Shown here: positions 61,501 to 64,000 of the stretch, one piece after another
Numbering within the stretch: the stretch's first letter is position 1
Layout: each line of letters starts with the position of its first letter
Assembly (NCBI GenBank): GCA_013265495.1
Contig: MU057584.1
Coordinates: 474,608-538,607, forward strand
Direction of reading: 5' to 3'
From: Vicugna vicugna
Taxonomy: Eukaryota
Length of the DNA stretch: 64,000 nt
Notes under the pieces: model-generated
The model's input: only the letters and a program-made list of their open reading frames with translations
The model's database searches: none
Told to the model about the DNA's origin: nothing
Program-made: the position numbers and the translations under genes

Positions 61501-63275
61501 GCCCTTGAATGATGGCATGTCTGTGTGAAAGGTTGGGGAGGGCAGGTTGTTATTTAAGCTAAGCCTTGAATAAAGAGAAGTCCCTAACACTTCCTGGTGG
61601 AAAGAGGATTTTAGATAATAATAATGTTAGCTAAGCTTAATGAAGGGCCTGAAGTGGTCAGACCCTGTGCTAAGCAATTTCCCAGAGTGATCCTAAATCT
61701 TTATGTTAATGCCTAAGATATATTAGACCTCATTTTCTACAAAAGGAGGCTCAGAGAGGTTAGGCGACTTGCCCAAGGCCTCACAGACAGGGAGTGACAC
61801 CTGAGATTCAAACCAACATCTGTGTGACTCCACATTCCACACTGTGAAACCATGTCTTCCAACCTCCCCGTTTTATAGACAGATAAACTGAGGCCTAGAG
61901 AGGGGAAGCAGTTTCCCCAAGTCCATAAAATAATGTCTCTCAACTCCTTACCCAGTAGTAGCCAGCGTTTATTTGTCACCCACTATCATGGCGGTTCTTA
62001 TGTTAGCTCATTTAATTTTCACGACAGCCCAACGAGGCAGACATTATTATTGCGTCCATTTTATAGATGAAGAAACCAAGGCACAAAAAGAGGTTAAGTA
62101 ATGGGCTGAAGGCCACACAGTTAGCAAGGAACAGAACCAGGATTTGAACTGGGGCAGTGCAAAGCTTCAGCCACGCCTGCCTCAGTTTCCCCCAACAGCC
62201 TGGGAGCCCCTTGAGGGTTCAGACAAAGTCGAACTCGTCTTTAGGTCCACAGGTCATCCAGCATGGATGCCTGAGGTTTTTCCAAGTTGAAGTGACTTGA
62301 AGTTGGCCCTGCTGGAGATCTATAGCATGTCCCTTCCTCTCTCCTAGCTTCAGTGTCCCCATCTGCCAAAAGGGGATGTCCTCCCCCACCTCCTCTGACT
62401 TCACAGATTGCATGAGATAAGGGGTGCAGGAAAAGTGCTTTTCAAGGAGCAAAGGTCTGGCTGCCAGGAGCCACTCCCTGAGAGCAGAGGAGGAGGACAG
62501 GCCTGGCAGCAGGGCAGGTCGGCGATCACTCCGCGGCCAGTGACCAGCACAGGCAAGCCTGGGTGGGACATCTGGCCCTGGCCTGCCCTCTCTTGCTGTG
62601 TGACCCAAAGGCTTACTTGCTTGCTCTGGGCTCATCCATGCTTTGTCTGTGGAATGACAGGAGGTTGGTTTCAGTTCCTCCTCAGCCCCTTCCAGGACTG
62701 AGCTTTCCTGAGGAGGTGATAAGGGGCTTCCCCAGCATTGTCATTACTCCCCACTCAGGAAGTAGGGACGAATCTTGGATACCAGGTGGGCACTGCTGGG
62801 GGACGGACACAGGATGCAGAGCACACGGTTGTTTGGAGGTGGAGGACCAGCCTCCTTGGATCTTCAGACACCAGCCAGTGACCTCCCGGGTCTAGGATGG
62901 GCTTTAGGGAGTGGTACACCCCCACGTTTTGTTTAGAATCCTGGGAATCCATTTTTCTCCCTGGTGATAAGACCATTGGCTTTTCCTTAGATTCTCCACA
63001 GTGCTTCATAATCCCCATATTTTTAGGAAGGACTTTGGGGGTAGCCTGAGCCTGGGACCCCAATATTGGGAGCTGAAGGGAGGGGAGACCAGGAGGGGGA
63101 GATGGGGGTTGGGGTTTGACACCCTAGGAGTCGGAGCCCTGGATTTCCCAGGATGGAGGAAGGGGGACGGGTTCCAGGAGGGGATGGGATTGGGGAATCT
63201 GTCTTAAAAGACAAAAGTCTTGACCACTTTCTGGAGCTCATCTTTTTCTTTCTCTTTCTTCCACAGATGAATTGG
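58559..63275 (+). CDS. RELB: NF-kB subunit RelB, 5' part (exons 58559-58613, 59612-59659 and 9-nt microexon 63267-63275). Continues beyond the window.
   Basis: Spliced translation [38 protein letters not shown] matches the RelB N-terminus. GT-AG boundaries, all phase 1; syntenic position after CLPTM1. Confidence 0.92.
61136..61245 (+). mobile_element. tRNA(Ala)-derived SINE in RELB intron 2
   Basis: GGGGTATAGCTCAGTGGTAGAGTGTGTGCTTAGCATGCATGGGGTCCTGGGTTCAATCCCCAGTA plus A-rich tail; AAATCCTAATC duplicated on both sides. Confidence 0.85.
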
Positions 63276-64000
63276 GTGAGTATCACAGGGCCGTTTTGTG
63301 GGGAGGGTGAGGAATCCAAGTGCTCACGTGGGGATCTTGGCCTTCCTTGTTGGGGAGGAGGTCACAGTGTAATTTCTGGGACTGTTGGGCTGTTAACAAA
63401 GTCACGTGCTCACAAGGTACTTAGCAGCACTTAACACTTAGCAAAGACTCAGTATATGTCAGCTGTCTTCAGTGTTACTGTTACTATGACTATTGTTCAT
63501 TCCTTCAGTGAATTATATTGAGCACCTGCTGCATGCCAGGCACTGTTCTAGGCACCGGGGATTCAGCCATGAATCAAAGTCCCTGCCCTATGGAAGCTGA
63601 TATTCTAGTGGGGGAGACAGTCGGAAAAGGAATAAAGTACAAGCTAATGTTAGATTGGGCTGAGGGCTGTGAAGGAAATAAACGGAAAGAAGGAGAGATG
63701 GCCTGGGGAAGACACGGTAGATCAGACCTTGACTTTGACTCTAAGGGAGATGGGAGTCACAGGAGGCTTCTGAGTGGATGGGGACAGCGTCTGACATCAG
63801 CTCCCTCTGGCTGTGTTTGGGAGACAGACTGGAAGAGGCGAGTTGGGAAATGGAAGCAGTGGTTCAGAGGGGGAATGATGGAGGGTGGACCTGGGTAGAA
63901 TTAGTGAGGGTGGGGAGAAGCAGAATGTGCATATATATTTGAGGTAGATGCAGAAGTTCACGGATCGGGGTCATGAGTAACTGGCAAAGATATGCATCCT

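Overview
Mammalian, GC-rich, intron-containing DNA spanning the TOMM40-APOE-APOC1-APOC4-APOC2-CLPTM1-RELB syntenic block (human 19q13.32 equivalent), all on the + strand. Numerous tRNA(Ala)-derived SINEs of Vic-1 type suggest a camelid (inference). I reconstructed exons by hand from GT/AG boundaries and protein similarity recalled from memory. TOMM40 (last 4 coding exons), APOC2 (101 aa), CLPTM1 (14 exons, 668 aa) and RELB (exons 1-3) read as intact. The most notable signal is an in-frame TAA at 10432-10434 (codon 103) in an otherwise intact APOE: either a true nonsense allele or a sequence error. APOC1 is a decayed unitary pseudogene (lost ATG, frameshift, stops, lost splice donor). APOC4 has a frameshifting deletion in exon 1, although exons 2-3 are intact. 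Single copies of the ME-type enhancer and the hepatic control region are present. I found no evidence of a new multi-gene system. Most ORFs in the supplied track are spurious products of GC-rich non-coding DNA.
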